A DNA stretch of 64,000 nucleotides from Myxococcaceae bacterium (lineage in GTDB: Bacteria > Myxococcota > Myxococcia > Myxococcales > Myxococcaceae), in NCBI GenBank assembly GCA_003818285.1, contig RPRB01000006.1, positions 2,504-66,503 on the forward strand, read 5' to 3'. Positions 32,237-41,361 of the stretch are shown one piece after another. The position numbers and the translations under genes were made by a program. A model generated the notes under the pieces. The model saw only the letters and a program-made list of their open reading frames with translations, searched no databases and was not told the origin of the DNA. How positions within the stretch are numbered: the stretch's first letter is position 1; each line of letters opens with the position of its first letter.

Positions 32237-32296
32237 TGGATGGGTCCTCAGAGCTGAATAGCGGGCCGTGGAGCGGCCAATCCAGGGCCGCCCCTG

Positions 32297-33109
32297 TCAT
32301 CTCCCCTTGTTTCGACTGACCTGCTGGCGGGGCTGGCTCAGCCCTCGAGGCGGGCTGCGAACCGGGGCTTCGCTTTTGCCTGGTCCCGGACCTTGGCCGA
32401 GCTGGACGACCTTCGGCCTTTCGCCACCACTGCCTTCGCCTTCTTGGCCGCCGTCTCGATCGCGGCCACCGCCTTGCCCGGTGGCCGGACGCCCCGGCCC
32501 TTCATGGCCAGCTTCTTCGCTGCCGCCCTGGCCTTCACCTGAGCCGCCGTCTGCTTCTTCGGTGTCCTCATCGCCATCCGTTCCGCTGTTGGCATCACTC
32601 AACTCCTCATTTTCACTGTCCTCATCCTCGTCGTCTCCGATCACGAGGCCGATCTTTTCGCGCTTCAGAACCTCAGCCGGGTCCTCCTTCTTGGGGATCG
32701 GAGCCATCAAGACCGCGTTGGCCTCGTCGACTGCACCGGCTTGGATGTGGTGAGCAGCGTTGGCCGCCCGTCGGGCCAGCTCCAGGCGCATCTCGCCGTG
32801 GTTCGGGCGCGAGCCCATGACGCCTTCGCCGATGACCCGGTTGACCACGGTCAAGATTTCGTTGTACTCGAGCTGATCGTAGTTCCGCAGAGTGTCAAGA
32901 ACCGCGATGAGCTGCGGGCTGTCCTTGTCGATGTCCGTCCCCTCGGGGACGATGACGATGTTCTTGTGGTGCTTCTTGATCCTGTCGATCGTTCGCTGGG
33001 TCAGCTCTACGTTGACCGGCGATCCGACGGGAGCCTGGCGCGGGCGACCGCGCACGTTCACGAACACGCGCGGGCCGTCGCCGAAGTTCAGGAGGGTGAC
33101 GATTGGCAT
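32297..33109 (-). CDS. hypothetical protein with acidic C-terminal tail (270 aa as open frame)
   Basis: The N-terminal 170 aa are protein-like. The tail is DDEDEDSENEELSD... The last ~85 codons overlap a higher-GC3 frame (32338..32595). Confidence 0.55.
   Translation of the reverse strand: MPIVTLLNFGDGPRVFVNVRGRPRQAPVGSPVNVELTQRTIDRIKKHHKNIVIVPEGTDIDKDSPQLIAVLDTLRNYDQLEYNEILTVVNRVIGEGVMGSRPNHGEMRLELARRAANAAHHIQAGAVDEANAVLMAPIPKKEDPAEVLKREKIGLVIGDDEDEDSENEELSDANSGTDGDEDTEEADGGSGEGQGGSEEAGHEGPGRPATGQGGGRDRDGGQEGEGSGGERPKVVQLGQGPGPGKSEAPVRSPPRGLSQPRQQVSRNKGR
32338..32595 (-). CDS. Lys/Ala-rich basic protein (85 aa), overprinted on 32297..33109
   Basis: GAGGAG lies 7 nt before the ATG at 32595, and a TGA lies just upstream in frame. 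Sequence AAQVKARAAAKKLAMKGRG ... AAKKAKAVVAKGRR. Third-position G+C is ~85% by my count, clearly higher than the overlapping frame. Confidence 0.5.
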   Translation of the reverse strand: MPTAERMAMRTPKKQTAAQVKARAAAKKLAMKGRGVRPPGKAVAAIETAAKKAKAVVAKGRRSSSSAKVRDQAKAKPRFAARLEG

Positions 33110-33129
33110 CTTGGTTCTCTCTGGGTTTC

Positions 33130-33168
33130 AGTCTGGAGAAAGCCGGAAGAGGGAGCGACCCTCTTCCG
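33130..33168 (-). terminator. hairpin downstream of the major capsid gene
   Basis: Perfect 10-bp stem CGGAAGAGGG-AGCGA-CCCTCTTCCG (33144..33168). The minus strand continues GCTTTCTCC. Confidence 0.45.
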
Positions 33169-33194
33169 ACCCATTCAAGCTCAATCCAGAAGGA

Positions 33195-34160
33195 TCAGCT
33201 CGGCTCGTCCCCGGAGATGCCGTCCAGGTAGCGAACAGCGCCCGGACGCCGGATCTCGAGGCCGGCGACGCGGAAGATGCCGGGGATGTCGTACACCAGG
33301 GGTCCGGTCTGCCACACGGGCAGGAAGCGATGCGGCATGGGAATGTGCATCTTGAGCACAGCCGGATCGCGGCGATACGCGACCATGCGGCCCGTCCCGC
33401 CAGTGCCCGCGTCTTCCAGTCCGCGGACGGCGCGGATGATGATCGGCCGGCCGGTCTGGAAGCTCACGATGTTCTTCGACGCGACGAAGTCCAGGATCGT
33501 GAGGGTCGTGTCGGGGACGCGCTTCGACACCAGGATGGTCATGGCCTCACCCGGCAGGAGCAGCGTGTCCGCGTATTCGATCTGGGCTGAGCTGGTCCAC
33601 ATGCCAGTGAGGATGGCGTTGATGTCCGCCATGATCTCGTCGGCAGTCTTCGAGTCCCAGTCCGTCGAGCCCTCGGCGCCCTCGGCTGCCTGCACCGTGG
33701 TGATGCCAGGGTAGTCGATGATGCCGTGGAAGTTCTTGTCGCTCATGCCCCGGAGGGCAAGGTTGTCCACGAACTCCTCGTAGGCCCTGCGGGCTGCGGA
33801 GGCGCGCTCGGTGGTCAGGTTCGTGCCGGGGACCATCATGGCCTGGCCGAGCTCCTGCAGCGAGTATCGGTATCCGATGTCGGCCATCTCAACGCCCACT
33901 TCGAACTGCGAGCGTTCGACGTCTGCGATGTGGATGTCCTTCGCGAGGTGGTGGAACCATCCCGCCTTGCCGACCTTGTCGCTCGAGAAGTACGTGATCG
34001 ACTTGGCCCACTCGTTGGCTGCCGTGTCGACCGGGATGAGCGTCGGATACTGTATCTCCGGATACTGGACCTCGACGACTTGGGGTTCGATGTAAGACGT
34101 CTGCGACACCAGGAAGCCGAGGGCCTGCTGTGCCGCATCCGCCGAGTAGATATTGAACAT
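33195..34160 (-). CDS. major capsid protein (DUF2184-type)
   Basis: 321 aa. It follows the scaffold-protease and cement-like genes. Overall pattern: N-terminal ...LGFL..QTSYIE..V, C-terminal ...RVAGLEIRRPGAV. Confidence 0.8.
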   Translation of the reverse strand: MFNIYSADAAQQALGFLVSQTSYIEPQVVEVQYPEIQYPTLIPVDTAANEWAKSITYFSSDKVGKAGWFHHLAKDIHIADVERSQFEVGVEMADIGYRYSLQELGQAMMVPGTNLTTERASAARRAYEEFVDNLALRGMSDKNFHGIIDYPGITTVQAAEGAEGSTDWDSKTADEIMADINAILTGMWTSSAQIEYADTLLLPGEAMTILVSKRVPDTTLTILDFVASKNIVSFQTGRPIIIRAVRGLEDAGTGGTGRMVAYRRDPAVLKMHIPMPHRFLPVWQTGPLVYDIPGIFRVAGLEIRRPGAVRYLDGISGDEPS

Positions 34161-34239
34161 TGAATGCTCCGGTTGGGGTTCTGCTTGTTTGCGGATGGCG
34201 ACCAGGAGGAGCTCGCGCTCCTCTCAGTCTCCGATGGGG

Positions 34240-34728
34240 TCAGACGCCGTCGTTCTTCTCGAGGCCAGGGAAGTAGGCGATCGCACGCCCGTTCACCAAG
34301 GCACTGGTCTCCCAGCGGGCACCCTTGAGCGGACCGACGCCGCCGGTGTTCGAGAAGATGCCGGTGGTGCCGTCGAAGTGGACGGGGTCGCCAGCGTTGA
34401 CCGCGACTGCAGGCTCGAGCCACATCATGCCGCGGCGGAGGACGCCGACGTTCTGATAGCGCTCGTACTTGTCGGGGTCGGTGGCGTAGGAGTTACGCAT
34501 CGTGATGTCGCGGATGGACGCGCCGCGATAGAGGGCCAAGTCACCGCCGAGGATGACTGCGTTGTCGCCGAACGTGGCGATGGTCCCGCGGCTGACTGCC
34601 CGCCCGAACGGGATGCCCGTCTCGGGTTCGCAGTTCCCGGTGAACGCATCGGTCACGTCGTAGGAGCCGTGAACCGTACCCGGACCAGGCGGGCGAATGG
34701 TCTCGACGTATTCAGTCTGGATGGGCAT
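34240..34728 (-). CDS. head decoration / cement-like protein (162 aa)
   Basis: Small beta-rich protein between the scaffold-protease and capsid genes. Confidence 0.55.
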   Translation of the reverse strand: MPIQTEYVETIRPPGPGTVHGSYDVTDAFTGNCEPETGIPFGRAVSRGTIATFGDNAVILGGDLALYRGASIRDITMRNSYATDPDKYERYQNVGVLRRGMMWLEPAVAVNAGDPVHFDGTTGIFSNTGGVGPLKGARWETSALVNGRAIAYFPGLEKNDGV

Positions 34729-34818
34729 TATAGATTTCTCCGGTTGGATTTGTCTTGGTAGTTCTTCGGAGCCATCACCCGTCAGCCGAAGCTGACGAGA
34801 TCAAGCCGCCGGTCTTGT

Positions 34819-36042
34819 TCAGGCAGTTCCCTGCGGTGTCTTCCAAGCGTTCTGCATGCGGTTGTTGTAGTCGCTGTAGGACTTCTCTGCAGCCGCCCGG
34901 TCGCCCAGGACCGGCTGGCTGCCGCCGGTGAAGGCCGCCCTGGCGACATCGACTGCGCGGTTGGTGTCGACCGCCTTGACGCTTGCCGTGAGGGTGGCAA
35001 ACGACGTGGCAACCTGCTCGTCGGTCCAGCCCTTGGCGACATCCTTGAGCGCGTGGTCGACGACCTGCCGGCGGATCTCCCCGTCGGTCTTGCCGTCCAC
35101 CACCAGCTTGTCGCCGAGGATTGCAGCGGCCTTGCCCATGCAGATCGTGCGGTCGGCAACGAGCTGATCGAGCTGCTGCGGGGTCAGCTTGGCGCTGTCG
35201 AGCTGGCTCTTCAGCGTTGCGTTCTCCGCCGTTAGGGTGTCCTTGTCCTTCGACAGGGTGGTGACCTGGGCAGTCATGTCGGTGACCTGCTTGTTCAGGC
35301 TATCCGACACGCTCTTGTGCGTGGCCTCGAGCGCCTTCACCTGGTTGGCGGCGTTGTCGAGGGCGCGCTGCACGACTTGGATCGTCGTGTCGGTCATCTC
35401 GCAGGTGATGCCGTCCACGGTCATTGTGCGCAGGTTCATTTGGTCTCTCCGGGTTGGGGGTGGTTCAGGCTCAGCGTCTTCGACGCCGAATGGCAGTTCG
35501 TCCCCGACGGATAGCCTGGCTCCGCCGCGGGCCGCTTTCACGAGGGCGATGTGGTTCGCCCGGATGTTGCGTTGGATGGCGTCGTAAGCCTCGCCGGTCG
35601 GCGTGGTGCCGGACGCAACCTCGATGTCGCACGAATACCCGACGGAGAGCTGTCGCTTGCCAGCCTCGATCGCCTTGACGGCGGACGAGTCCATGAACAG
35701 CATCGGGACGCGGACGTATTCTTGATCTCGGAGGACGTCGCCGTCGCTCTGGCCGACCGCGTACTCGCTCCAGTTTTCGGAGGTGACCTCGACCTTCGGG
35801 TGGTCGTTGGTCAGGGGGCGGTGGGCGAGGGACGCCATCGCGTCCTTGTGGAAGACTTCGCTCTCAGGCCGGTAGACCCGGACGACGTCCTTGTCCGCCA
35901 GCTCGCCACCAATCTCCTTGCCGAGATAGAGTTGAATGCCGGTGCGCGAAACGCGGGGAGCAGCCGCCAGATAGCCCCCGGCCTTCTTGGACATGTGGGC
36001 GGCGTCGAAGGACAGCCGGTCGTACAGGTTCAGCTTGATCAT
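34819..36042 (-). CDS. prohead scaffold / protease-like protein (DUF2213-type)
   Basis: Internal ATG with an AAGGAGG Shine-Dalgarno. RTGIQLYLGKEIG ... VVRVYRPESEVF ... PLTNDHP ... LSVGYSC ... YDAIQRNIRANHIALV. The C-terminal half is coiled-coil. Confidence 0.8.
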   Translation of the reverse strand: MIKLNLYDRLSFDAAHMSKKAGGYLAAAPRVSRTGIQLYLGKEIGGELADKDVVRVYRPESEVFHKDAMASLAHRPLTNDHPKVEVTSENWSEYAVGQSDGDVLRDQEYVRVPMLFMDSSAVKAIEAGKRQLSVGYSCDIEVASGTTPTGEAYDAIQRNIRANHIALVKAARGGARLSVGDELPFGVEDAEPEPPPTRRDQMNLRTMTVDGITCEMTDTTIQVVQRALDNAANQVKALEATHKSVSDSLNKQVTDMTAQVTTLSKDKDTLTAENATLKSQLDSAKLTPQQLDQLVADRTICMGKAAAILGDKLVVDGKTDGEIRRQVVDHALKDVAKGWTDEQVATSFATLTASVKAVDTNRAVDVARAAFTGGSQPVLGDRAAAEKSYSDYNNRMQNAWKTPQGTA

Positions 36043-36067
36043 GCAGCCTCCTTGCGGAGGCCAGGGA

Positions 36068-36802
36068 TCAGGGCCTCCAGTACCGCGAGACCCAGTAGTC
36101 TTCGCGGATGGTCTCGACCTGCCAGGGCTTCCGTCTGCCGTTGAAGAACATGATGCAGGTCCGCTTCGAGATCTCGCGGAGCTTGCGATAGTCGACCGAG
36201 TAGGAGGCCACCGTCGGATAGGTGAAGCCGTCGCACCCTTCGAGACCAACCAGGTTCATGCTCAGCCACGACTGGTCGGAGCCGAGCCACTTCTTCTTGA
36301 ACGTCTGAGCTGGGCTGGTGGCCGGGTCGAACTTGGACCAGATGAAGTCGAGGTCTCCGGCTGTGAACATCTGCAGCGAGCCGTTGAAGACCTTCGGATG
36401 GTGGGCACCCGCGCAGGCCCAGCCCATGAAGCGGAACTTCTCCGTGGACTCGATCATCGGGGTGATGTCGCGCATGATGATCGCGTCCAGGTCGATCCCC
36501 ATGATGCGGTGCCCGTCCCGGATCTTCATCTGAAACTGGGTGGCCGGATCGTACAGCTTGAGCCGCCTGTAGCACGACGGCAAATTTCTTTTTGTGGCGT
36601 TGGCCAGGTCTGCACCGTCCGACCACAAGGGATGCGTCTCGCAGGCGAGACCAGTCGGATCGTCCGTGACGCAGACGATGCGATGGGGCACCTTCACGTT
36701 GGCCTGCAGAGCCTTGACCATCGCGTTTACGTGCACAGCGGAGTAGGTCGCTCGGACTGGGTTCTTCCAGTCGGTCCACTTCCAGAGGACTATGTGCAGC
36801 AT
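36068..36802 (-). CDS. putative glycosyltransferase (GT-A-like, DxD)
   Basis: Internal ATG with a TGATG junction. Motifs RIVCVTDDP and IMGIDLDAIIMRD (DxD). Confidence 0.5.
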   Translation of the reverse strand: MLHIVLWKWTDWKNPVRATYSAVHVNAMVKALQANVKVPHRIVCVTDDPTGLACETHPLWSDGADLANATKRNLPSCYRRLKLYDPATQFQMKIRDGHRIMGIDLDAIIMRDITPMIESTEKFRFMGWACAGAHHPKVFNGSLQMFTAGDLDFIWSKFDPATSPAQTFKKKWLGSDQSWLSMNLVGLEGCDGFTYPTVASYSVDYRKLREISKRTCIMFFNGRRKPWQVETIREDYWVSRYWRP

Positions 36803-37527
36803 CAGAGGACCCGCACCCACTCGAAGCGAACAGGATTGACAGCGCGATACGGACCAGAGCCGATCTTGGCGCGGAGGACAGGGTTGCGGCGAGCGTGCCA
36901 CTGCGTGTCCTTGCGTCCCCAATCCTTGGTGTTGGCGTCGAAGATGTCATCGGCCCGGAAGACTATCGTCGAAAACGCCTTGGTCGGCATTTCGATGAGG
37001 CCGGCGCCCTTAGCGCAGCGGCGGAAGTTTCCGTCTGACCCGTAGTGCCCAGCGAAGTCTTCGTCGTACCCGCCCATCGACCAGAAGTCTTCAGCTCGCA
37101 TCAGGTAGCTGTTCGGATGCGGCCGTTCGAGCGAGGTACCGTTCGTGAGCACCTGGTTCGGCATGTAATATGTTCCCGATCGGACGTCCATCTGGAAAAT
37201 ACTCAGGAGCTGGTCCCGCGGGACCAGGTGATCCATGTCCGTCAGGAACGCCCACTCGGTCTCAACGTTCTGCATTGCCAGGTTGCGAGCCCCGTCCTGG
37301 TTCCAAGGAATGTTGGGCACCACCCGGTAGAGTTTGGTTCCTATAGGGCTTTGCTGCCCCCACTGCCAGATCGCCGTAGCGGCATCCCACCGGGGGCTCC
37401 CGTCGTCCACCAGCACGACCTTCACCCGATCCTGGAGCACCGGAGGGTAGGCTGCCCACTCGTCCAGGTGACGCTTCAGCATGTTGGGGTTGTCGTAGTA
37501 GGCCAGCACCAGGGTCAGGTCCTTCAT
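36802..37527 (-). CDS. family 2 glycosyltransferase
   Basis: LTLVLAYYDNPNML ... VKVVLVDDGS ... AFLTDMDHLV (GT2 nucleotide-sugar binding and DxD motifs). Confidence 0.8.
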   Translation of the reverse strand: MKDLTLVLAYYDNPNMLKRHLDEWAAYPPVLQDRVKVVLVDDGSPRWDAATAIWQWGQQSPIGTKLYRVVPNIPWNQDGARNLAMQNVETEWAFLTDMDHLVPRDQLLSIFQMDVRSGTYYMPNQVLTNGTSLERPHPNSYLMRAEDFWSMGGYDEDFAGHYGSDGNFRRCAKGAGLIEMPTKAFSTIVFRADDIFDANTKDWGRKDTQWHARRNPVLRAKIGSGPYRAVNPVRFEWVRVL

Positions 37528-38255
37528 GGCTTTCCCCTGCTCGGCCAGGCGTCGCCCGTCCAGTACTTCGTTGTCAGTTCAAACCTGTCCGGAGGGTATC
37601 CAAGAGACGAGTTGGCCTCCCCGAGGGTGTGGTTGACCAGGCACGGGACCCGCCAGAACATCGTCAGCCCGATCGCCTGGAAGCACGCGGAGACGATGCC
37701 GTCCACGTTCTTGTCCCAGTGCTTCGGCCCCTCCAGGTAGTTGTGGAGCTCAGCCGAGTCGAGCAGCGCATGCGCGGACGCACGCGACAGGACCAGGCAC
37801 TGGGCTCCCCACATCTTGAAGCCAATCTGCATCCCATGCGAGTGGATGCCGTCCCGGAGTCTGCTGGTGCTCTCAGCCTTCTCGCACATCTTGGACATCC
37901 GGATGGGCAGGTACAGCGAGAGGCAGCCGAACCCCTCCCAGGTCTGGATGTTGAACAGGTCGTCGCGCAGAGCCCTGTGGGAGTTCTTCGCCCACAGGAT
38001 GTCGTCCTCGCACACCATGAGGAACGGCTCCTGGGTAATTTCGACCAGGGTCCGCAGAGCCTTGAGCCAGTTGCGCAGGTTCCCCAGGAGCGGCACGTTT
38101 CTGCGAACGTACATGTTCTCGTCGAGCCGGCAGTCGACGGAGCCGTCGGAGAAGATGCGGATGTCCTGGTCGAAGCCCGCATCCCGCATCGAGGCGAGCG
38201 ACCGCTCCAGCGTCAGGACTGGCCGGGGCGCAGTGATGTAGGCGATCGCTATCAT
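37524..38255 (-). CDS. putative glycosyltransferase (GT-A-like)
   Basis: MIAIAYITAPRP N-terminal strand and FLMVCEDDILW acidic motif. Coupled to the GT2 gene. Confidence 0.5.
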   Translation of the reverse strand: MIAIAYITAPRPVLTLERSLASMRDAGFDQDIRIFSDGSVDCRLDENMYVRRNVPLLGNLRNWLKALRTLVEITQEPFLMVCEDDILWAKNSHRALRDDLFNIQTWEGFGCLSLYLPIRMSKMCEKAESTSRLRDGIHSHGMQIGFKMWGAQCLVLSRASAHALLDSAELHNYLEGPKHWDKNVDGIVSACFQAIGLTMFWRVPCLVNHTLGEANSSLGYPPDRFELTTKYWTGDAWPSRGKP

Positions 38256-38395
38256 GAGTCATCGCCAAACCGGGCCAGCAGCGTCCGCCACAGGAGCTCC
38301 CACTGGCTCCGGCTCGTCCACGAGGGCCTGTCGATCCGGCACCCCTCGAAGACGACGTAGTCCAGATAGATGTCGACCGACGGGCGATCGGTCAC
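38252..38395 (-). CDS. small coupled ORF (47 aa)
   Basis: The GTG overlaps the methyltransferase stop (GTGA) and the stop overlaps the next ATG (ATGA). High GC3. My own translation gives VTDRPSVDIYLDYVVFEGCRIDRPSW... Confidence 0.3.
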   Translation of the reverse strand: MTDRPSVDIYLDYVVFEGCRIDRPSWTSRSQWELLWRTLLARFGDDS

Positions 38396-38985
38396 AGCTG
38401 GACCCACCAGTGGGCGACAGACATGAGGTAGTCCTTGGTGGGGCGCTTCACCTCAGCCTGCACCCGATCGCCGAACGCTTCGTGGACGGCCTTGTGCACC
38501 CCAGGCCACAGGTAGTCGTCGCCGGACATGACCGCCCCATCCCTCATCAGGGGCAGGTAGTCGGCGATGTCCTGCTGCACGGCTTCGTAGGTGTGCAGCC
38601 CGTCGATCATGATGTAGTCGATGGACTTCGGCTCGAACAGGACCCGCGCGTCGTGGGAGTACAGCCGGTGGGGCATGATCACAGAGCTGACCGGCTTGGT
38701 GTTATCGTTGAAGACCTCGAGGGCATCCCTGCCCCTCAGGAGGGCAAAAAACTCGGTGTGCTTCAGATCGCCCCCGCCGTCGGTCCAGGGGTCGATGCAG
38801 TGCAGGGTGATGGGCTTGCCGGAGTTCAGGATCTCCACAGCCATGAACGCCGCCGACCGCCCCATCCACGATCCTATCTCCACGAAGGTGGAGGGTCGGT
38901 CCTGCGGGGCGCGCTGCACGGCGTCGACGTAGAGCTGGATGAACGACGCCCATCCGTGAATGCTCTTGTAAAAGTGTTCCATCAC
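38392..38985 (-). CDS. class I SAM-dependent methyltransferase
   Basis: TFVEIGSWMGRSA (motif I) and IMIDGLHTYEAV. The overall pattern resembles the sugar/O-methyltransferase-like Methyltransf_24 family. Confidence 0.75.
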   Translation of the reverse strand: MMEHFYKSIHGWASFIQLYVDAVQRAPQDRPSTFVEIGSWMGRSAAFMAVEILNSGKPITLHCIDPWTDGGGDLKHTEFFALLRGRDALEVFNDNTKPVSSVIMPHRLYSHDARVLFEPKSIDYIMIDGLHTYEAVQQDIADYLPLMRDGAVMSGDDYLWPGVHKAVHEAFGDRVQAEVKRPTKDYLMSVAHWWVQL

Positions 38986-39215
38986 TGCGGATGTCCTTTG
39001 TTCAGGTTGGGGCGAGCGAGGAGGTCGTCGGCGTCAGAGAGGCCCGCCTTGATCACTCGCCTGAGGTCGAACGGCCAGGTCAGGACGGCGAAGATGCTGG
39101 TCTGCCTGTCCTCCAGGAAGAAGCGGTTCAACGGCTCAGCCAGCAAGAGAACGTAGACCCCAGTCAAGAGATAGCACGTCACCACGCCGAGGATGAAGTA
39201 AGCTGCGTATTCCAT
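38982..39215 (-). CDS. small single-TM protein (77 aa)
   Basis: AAGGA Shine-Dalgarno. MEYAAYFILGVVTCYLLTGVYVLLLA is a hydrophobic N-terminus. Confidence 0.45.
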   Translation of the reverse strand: MEYAAYFILGVVTCYLLTGVYVLLLAEPLNRFFLEDRQTSIFAVLTWPFDLRRVIKAGLSDADDLLARPNLNKGHPQ

Positions 39216-39228
39216 CTGCATTCCTTTC

Positions 39229-40299
39229 TTACGAGTCGAAGGTGCCTTGCTCAATCTCGTTGACCAGGACCGCCCAGGCGTCCCGGCCAACCTTTCCCGT
39301 TGGCTTCCATTCACCATCTGTTCTGGCGAAGAACGCGCAGTCGACGTAGCCGCCCATCGTCCATCCGACGGTGGTCTCGAGGATGTACCAGCGAGTCTCG
39401 TCGCGAACCATGTCGACGGCCGCCCACTTCATCCGCTCGACCTCGAAGAAGCGGTCAGAGTAGTCGAGGGCGGACCGGACCTCGTCATCTGCGTCGACGA
39501 CGCTCTGGAAGTTCCGGCTGCCCGAAGCCATCGGCCTGTCCGTCCGGTTGAACCTCCGCAGGACCAGGCGCTGCCTGCCGATCCCGACGACCCGGACGTC
39601 GTGGTCGTTCTCCGGGATGAAGCGCTGCCACAAGAGGTAGCCAAGCTGGGCCAGGTCGTAGTGCATCGGGATGCCCCGGTCGCTGAACGCCGCCCTGACC
39701 TCGGCCATCGCCTCCTGGTAGCTGTTGATCATGCGGACGTTGTTCGACGAAGCCCCCTCGGCGGACTTGGAGAGAAACGGGTACGCTGGCTCGTCGTTGT
39801 TCAGATACCCCTTCGCCGCCATCGGCGTGAAGAAGGCCTTGGTCGGCGGCATCCACCGCGCCAAGTGCCTGGCCTGCTCGAGCTTGTCGTCGTACAGAAC
39901 CGACGAGCGATAGTCCGGAATGAGCGTGAGCCCGTTGTTGACGCTGAGGTTCTGCATCAGCTTCTTGTGGAGGCGGCGCAGGTTCGGATGGTGGTGCATG
40001 TGCACGAAGGCGTAGCCCCGGTCCGGCTCGACGGCAGCCTCGAACATGCGGCAGGAGATGCCCCTGCCCCCGCAGGCTTCGTGGAGCCGCTTGCCCCAGC
40101 CCTGCGGATCGTCGTAGGCCCAGACGCTCAACTCCTGTCCCGATGCTGCTCTTCCCAGGATGGCACCCCCAACAGGATTGCTGAGCCCGCGACCAGGAGG
40201 TGAGCTACGATCTCCCAGCCGAACGGAGTGGCGAGCACCGACACGCACAGGCACGTCGCCCCCGCCGACTGGGCGTCCAGCAGCATCCACCGATGCCAT
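39229..40299 (-). CDS. ATP-grasp family ligase (RimK-like), start uncertain
   Basis: FLSKSAEGASSNNVRMI (K..G.S..V), LLWQRFI, HDVRVVGIG and WYILETTVGW (E-x-N-like) follow the ATP-grasp block order. Confidence 0.6.
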   Translation of the reverse strand: MASVDAAGRPVGGGDVPVRVGARHSVRLGDRSSPPGRGLSNPVGGAILGRAASGQELSVWAYDDPQGWGKRLHEACGGRGISCRMFEAAVEPDRGYAFVHMHHHPNLRRLHKKLMQNLSVNNGLTLIPDYRSSVLYDDKLEQARHLARWMPPTKAFFTPMAAKGYLNNDEPAYPFLSKSAEGASSNNVRMINSYQEAMAEVRAAFSDRGIPMHYDLAQLGYLLWQRFIPENDHDVRVVGIGRQRLVLRRFNRTDRPMASGSRNFQSVVDADDEVRSALDYSDRFFEVERMKWAAVDMVRDETRWYILETTVGWTMGGYVDCAFFARTDGEWKPTGKVGRDAWAVLVNEIEQGTFDS

Positions 40300-40307
40300 G
40301 TTGTCAC

Positions 40308-41354
40308 TCACAGGTCCTCCGTCGTGAACCGTCGGTCGCGCGCAGGCACGAACACGCATCGGCAGTGCGGGTGCGCGGGGATCAAGCTGCGGGCAACGTT
40401 GATGCGGTAGGGTCCCTCCTCGGCGATGTCTTCGCACTCCGGGCAGACCTCGTCGTCGCCGGCCGTCAGGACGTTGACGCGCTTCAGCTTCTCGATCGCC
40501 TCCTGCGCCTTCCTGATCCTGCGGACGGTCTCGCGGTGGGGCACCGTGGTCCGGCTGACCTTCGAGCCTGCCCCCGTGTTCGGATTGAACTTCCGCTTCT
40601 TGTCCTCGAAGAACGACACAGCGTCCTGCGCAGGGCGGCGGATCTTCCTGACCTCCGGGATGATGCCGACCTCGGTGACCCCGACGGACTCGTAGGACGA
40701 CAGGCTTCCTTCGTTGAATGTCCGCATGACGATCGTGTCAGCCAGGGCGTCGATGCGGGTTCCGCCCACCTTGTCGATGCGGGAGTACATCGCCCGGAGC
40801 AGGAGGTTCGCATTCTTCTTGGACAAGATCCCGTCGGCTGCAGCCCGAACCAGGTTCTGGCTGACCGCCTCGCTGATGCCCTGCAGCTCCACAAACGCAG
40901 ACTGGACGATGGTGTCCACCCTGTCCCTGTGGTTCTCCGGCGACCTGGCGACGTTCAGATCCCGCGTGTTCCTGTCCGCGAACCGCAGCCCCTTCTCGAA
41001 GGCGCGCTCAACGTAGCCTGCCAGATACCGGCCATCGTGCTCGAGGACGTTCTGGGTCAGGGCGGAGTCGACGAACTGCTGGAAGCCCATGATCTTGGCT
41101 GGCCCAGCCGTGACCATGGCCGCGGCTGACATGCCCGAGAAGGCGGTCATGGGCTTCAGCCCGAGCGCGTCGTTGTCGATGATCTGCATCCGCAGCAGGG
41201 CGCGCAGCCGGTTCATGCGGATGGCCATGGCCGATCGCATGGCGGAGCGAATGGTCTTGGTCCCCGACGGGTCTCGGCTGGTCGGCTTGGCGTCCGACAG
41301 GTAGGTGCAGCAGGAGCACCTGTCGTGGATGACCTCGTTCTTGTACTTCAGCAT
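40308..41354 (-). CDS. Mu F-like / SPP1 gp7-like head morphogenesis protein
   Basis: C-terminal LTAGDDEVCPECEDIAEEGPY ... IPAHPHCRCVFVP is the hallmark of the Mu F family. Confidence 0.85.
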   Translation of the reverse strand: MLKYKNEVIHDRCSCCTYLSDAKPTSRDPSGTKTIRSAMRSAMAIRMNRLRALLRMQIIDNDALGLKPMTAFSGMSAAAMVTAGPAKIMGFQQFVDSALTQNVLEHDGRYLAGYVERAFEKGLRFADRNTRDLNVARSPENHRDRVDTIVQSAFVELQGISEAVSQNLVRAAADGILSKKNANLLLRAMYSRIDKVGGTRIDALADTIVMRTFNEGSLSSYESVGVTEVGIIPEVRKIRRPAQDAVSFFEDKKRKFNPNTGAGSKVSRTTVPHRETVRRIRKAQEAIEKLKRVNVLTAGDDEVCPECEDIAEEGPYRINVARSLIPAHPHCRCVFVPARDRRFTTEDL

Positions 41355-41361
41355 CGGTTCC

